A stretch of 64,000 bases of DNA, taken from NCBI GenBank assembly GCA_963782055.1, contig CAWAIF010000003.1:96001-160000 (forward strand), read 5' to 3'. Shown here piece after piece: positions 61,020 to 64,000 of this stretch (position 1 is the first letter of the stretch; every line of letters starts with the position of its first letter). This DNA comes from an uncultured delta proteobacterium (GTDB lineage: Bacteria > Myxococcota_A > Polyangia > Polyangiales > Polyangiaceae). The translations under genes were made by a program, and so were the position numbers. A model generated the notes under the pieces. It did no database searches. It had not been told where the DNA came from and saw only the letters and a program-made list of their open reading frames with translations.

Positions 61020-63202
61020 GCCTCCGCGGCGCGATCCGGAAGCTGCTCGCCGCGCTGCTCGTCGTCCTCGCCTTCGGCGGGGCGTCCGGTTGCCAGGACG
61101 TGGACGCGCGCACGGTCTTCGTGTGGCACGCCTACCGTGGTGACGAGGAGCGCGCCCTCGCCGACGTGGCCCTTCGCTTCGAGGCGACGCACCCCGGCGT
61201 GCGCGTCGAGCTGCTCGCCCTGCCCTTCGAGGCCTACGCGACCAAGCTGGAGTCGGCGGTGCCGCACGGCCACGGGCCGGACGTCTTCATCGAGGCACAC
61301 GAGCGGCTGGGCACCTACCTGCGTGACGGCATCGTCGCGCCGGCGGGCGACGCCTTCCCGAAGGACGCCTCGGTCTACGACGCCACGACCATCGCCGCGG
61401 TGACGAAGGACGGCACGCGCTGGGCGGTGCCGCTCTCCACCAAGTGCGTGGCGCTCTACACCAGCACCGCGCTGGTGCCGCGCGCGCCGGAGGCGCTGGA
61501 GGACGTGCTCGACCTGCCGCTGCCGAAGGGGACCTACCCCCTCGCCTACGAGGCGGAGAGCGCCTACTACCACGCGGCCATCCTCTCCGCGTTCGGCGGG
61601 GAGCTGCTGGACGACAAGGGTCAGCTCGCCTTCGACTCCGCCGCCGGCGTGCGGTCGCTCGACTTCGTGAAGCAGCTCCTCGCTCGCCAGGCGATCCCGG
61701 AGGAGCCGTCCGGCGCGCTGGTGACGCAGCTCTTCGCCTCCGGCAAGGCGGCCGCGGTCATCGGCGGGCCGTGGCTGCGCGCCGACCTCGGGAAGAAGGT
61801 GAAGTACCGCGTGACGCCCCTCCCCGTCCTGCGCGCGGCGGGCGGCGCGCGCATGCGGCCGCTGCTGACGGTGGAGAGCGCCTTCCTCACGCCCGCGGGG
61901 GCGAAGCGCGAGCTGGCGCGGGAGTTCGTGCGCTTCCTCTCCTCGCGGCAGGGGGAGATCGTGCTCGCGACGGAGGGTCACCAGGTGGTCGCACGTCACG
62001 ACGCCTGGGACGACCCCGCCGTGGCCGGGGACACCGACCTCGCCGCCTTCCACCAGGCGGTGAAGGACGCGGTGCCCACGCCCAAGTCCACCGCGATGCA
62101 CGCGGCGTGGGAGCCCTCCAACCAGGCGATCGAGAAGGTGCTGCGCGGCGGGGACCCGAAGGCGGCGCTGGCGGAGGCGCGCGCGCGCTTCGTCGACGCC
62201 AGGAAGCCCCCGGCGGGGGCGGCCTCCCCCGGCCCGGCCTACTTGGTGCTCTCGCTGCTGCTGCTGGCGGGGGCCATCGCCGTGGTGCGCCGGGTGCGAC
62301 GCGCCTCCTTCCGGGCGGAGCTGCGGCGCTCGATGCCCGCCTACGCGTACGTCACCCACGCCGTGATCGCGGTGGTGGTGCTGGTGGTGCTCCCGCTGGT
62401 CGCCGGCGCCGTCACGTCCCTCTTCGCCGGGACCGAGCAGCACCCGCGCTACATCGGCCTCGCCAACTACATCGCCATCCTGACGGCGCGCGGGGGCGAC
62501 CTGCTCGGTCACGGGTCCTTCTACCTGACGCTGCTGGTCACCGTGCTCTGGACGGTGGTCAACGTGGCGCTGCACCTCGCCATCGGCGTGACGCTGGGCA
62601 TGCTGCTCTCCCGCCCGCTGATGCGCCTGCGCGCGGTCTACCGGGTGCTGCTCGTGCTTCCGTGGGCGGTGCCCTCGTACGTCACCGCGCTGGCCTGGAA
62701 GGGCATGTTCCACCGGCAGTTCGGCGCGGTGAACGCGCTGCTCGCGCTCGTCGGGGCGCCGCCGGTCTCCTGGTTCGCCAGGTTCTCGACGGCCTTCTCC
62801 GCCAACGTGGCGACCAACGTGTGGCTGGGCTTCCCCTTCATGATGGTCGTCACCATGGGCGCGCTGACGAGCATCCCCAAGGACGTGCTGGAGGCGGCGG
62901 AGGTGGACGGCGCGACGAAGTGGCAGCGCTTCTGGAAGGTCACCTTCCCGCTGCTGCGCCCCGCGATGCTCCCGGCGGTGCTCCTGGGCGCCATCTGGAC
63001 CTTCAACATGTTCAACGTCGTCTTCCTCGTCTCCGGCGGGCAGCCGGACGGGTCGACCGACATCCTGGTGAGCGACGCCTACCGCTGGGCGTTCACGCGC
63101 GACGCGCAGTACGGCTACGCCGCCGCGTACGGGGTGCTCATCTTCCTCCTGCTGTTCTTCGCTTCGAAGCTGAGCGCGCGCGCGCAGGCGGAGGCCACGT
63201 GA
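61016..63202 (+). CDS. fused sugar-binding protein and permease (MalE-MalF-like)
   Basis: Lipobox ASGC, SBP motifs (GPDV, GPW), then TM helices with EAAEVDGA loop. Confidence 0.88.
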
Positions 63203-64000
63203 CCTGGCGCGATCGGCTCGAGGGGCTCGCGGTGCACCTGCTGCTGCTGGTGGCGGTCGCCTTCGCGCTCTACCCGCTGATGTGGGTGCTCTCGGTGGCG
63301 CTCTCCGCCGGCGGGCTCGGCGCGCACGCGGGGGCGGTGCCGCTGCCGCACCACGTGACCGGGGAGAACTTCCGCGCCGTGATGGGCGAGGGGCGCCCCC
63401 ACGGGACGATGATCTTCGCGCGACAGCTCACCAACTCCATGGTGGTCTCGGTGGCGACGGCCGCGGTGGCGGTGATCATCGCCACGCCGGCGGCGTACGC
63501 GCTCGCGCGCTTCCGCTTCGTCGGCGCGGAGGGCGGGCTGCGCGTGCTCCTCGCCACGCAGATGTTCCCCGCGGTGGCGAGCGCGGTGCCTCTCTACCTC
63601 CTCCTCGATGCGCTGCGCCTGCTGGACACGCGCGCGGGCCTGGTGCTCGTCTACGCGTCGACGGCGGTCCCCTTCGCCATCTTCCAGCTCCGGGGTGCCT
63701 TCCAGTCCATCCCGGTGGACCTGGAAGAGGCGGCGATGGTGGACGGCGCGTCGCGCGTCGGCGCCTTCGTGCGCGTCGTGCTCCCCGCCGCGCGCCCCGC
63801 GATCGCGGTGACGGCGCTCTTCGCCTTCATGAGCGCGTACAACGAGTTCATCCTCGCCGCGACCTTCCTCTCCCGCGAGACCGCCTTCACCCTCCCGGTC
63901 GTGCTGCAGCGCTATGTCGGCGAGCACGACGCCGCCTGGGGGCCCTTCGCCGCCGGGTCCATCCTGGTGAGCGTGCCGGTGATGGCGCTCTTCTACGTGG
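63199..64000 (+). CDS. sugar ABC permease (MalG-like), runs off window end
   Basis: GTGA overlap; QMFP, LEEAAMVDGASR, YNEFILA. Confidence 0.9.
   Translation, partial: MTWRDRLEGLAVHLLLLVAVAFALYPLMWVLSVALSAGGLGAHAGAVPLPHHVTGENFRAVMGEGRPHGTMIFARQLTNSMVVSVATAAVAVIIATPAAYALARFRFVGAEGGLRVLLATQMFPAVASAVPLYLLLDALRLLDTRAGLVLVYASTAVPFAIFQLRGAFQSIPVDLEEAAMVDGASRVGAFVRVVLPAARPAIAVTALFAFMSAYNEFILAATFLSRETAFTLPVVLQRYVGEHDAAWGPFAAGSILVSVPVMALFYV

Overview
A very GC-rich bacterial chromosome segment, probably myxobacterial (Polyangiaceae/Sorangiineae-like); this is inferred from the many Cys-rich lipoproteins, the myxobacterial-type LexA box and the sigma-54 sites. The backbone is ordinary: addB/addA, treS-maltokinase and treZ, ptsP, alkD, a PLD lipoprotein, a CheB/CheR-histidine kinase-NarL module, sixA, recA, dnaJ, a GT28 glycosyltransferase, a patatin, and a maltodextrin-type ABC operon with a fused binding protein-permease. 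The notable part is a decayed island of about 9.4 kb (~12440-21865) abutting the 5' end of tRNA-Ser(TGA). It carries an Rhs polymorphic-toxin array with two different intact deaminase toxin tips: an SCP1.201/DddA-clade domain followed by an Imm1-like gene, and an HAE...CPxC domain followed by a DUF416-like gene. Each tip is cut off from its Rhs core by an independent +1 frameshift. The island also has a duplicated ~200-bp structured leader, four exact 10-bp tandem duplications, IS4, PolA, nuclease and SMI1 fragments, and a frameshifted HigB-type TA toxin. Outside the island, a second LexA-type box and a structured leader lie upstream of an SprT-like metalloprotease. Family assignments come from recognising motifs by eye; no database searches were run.
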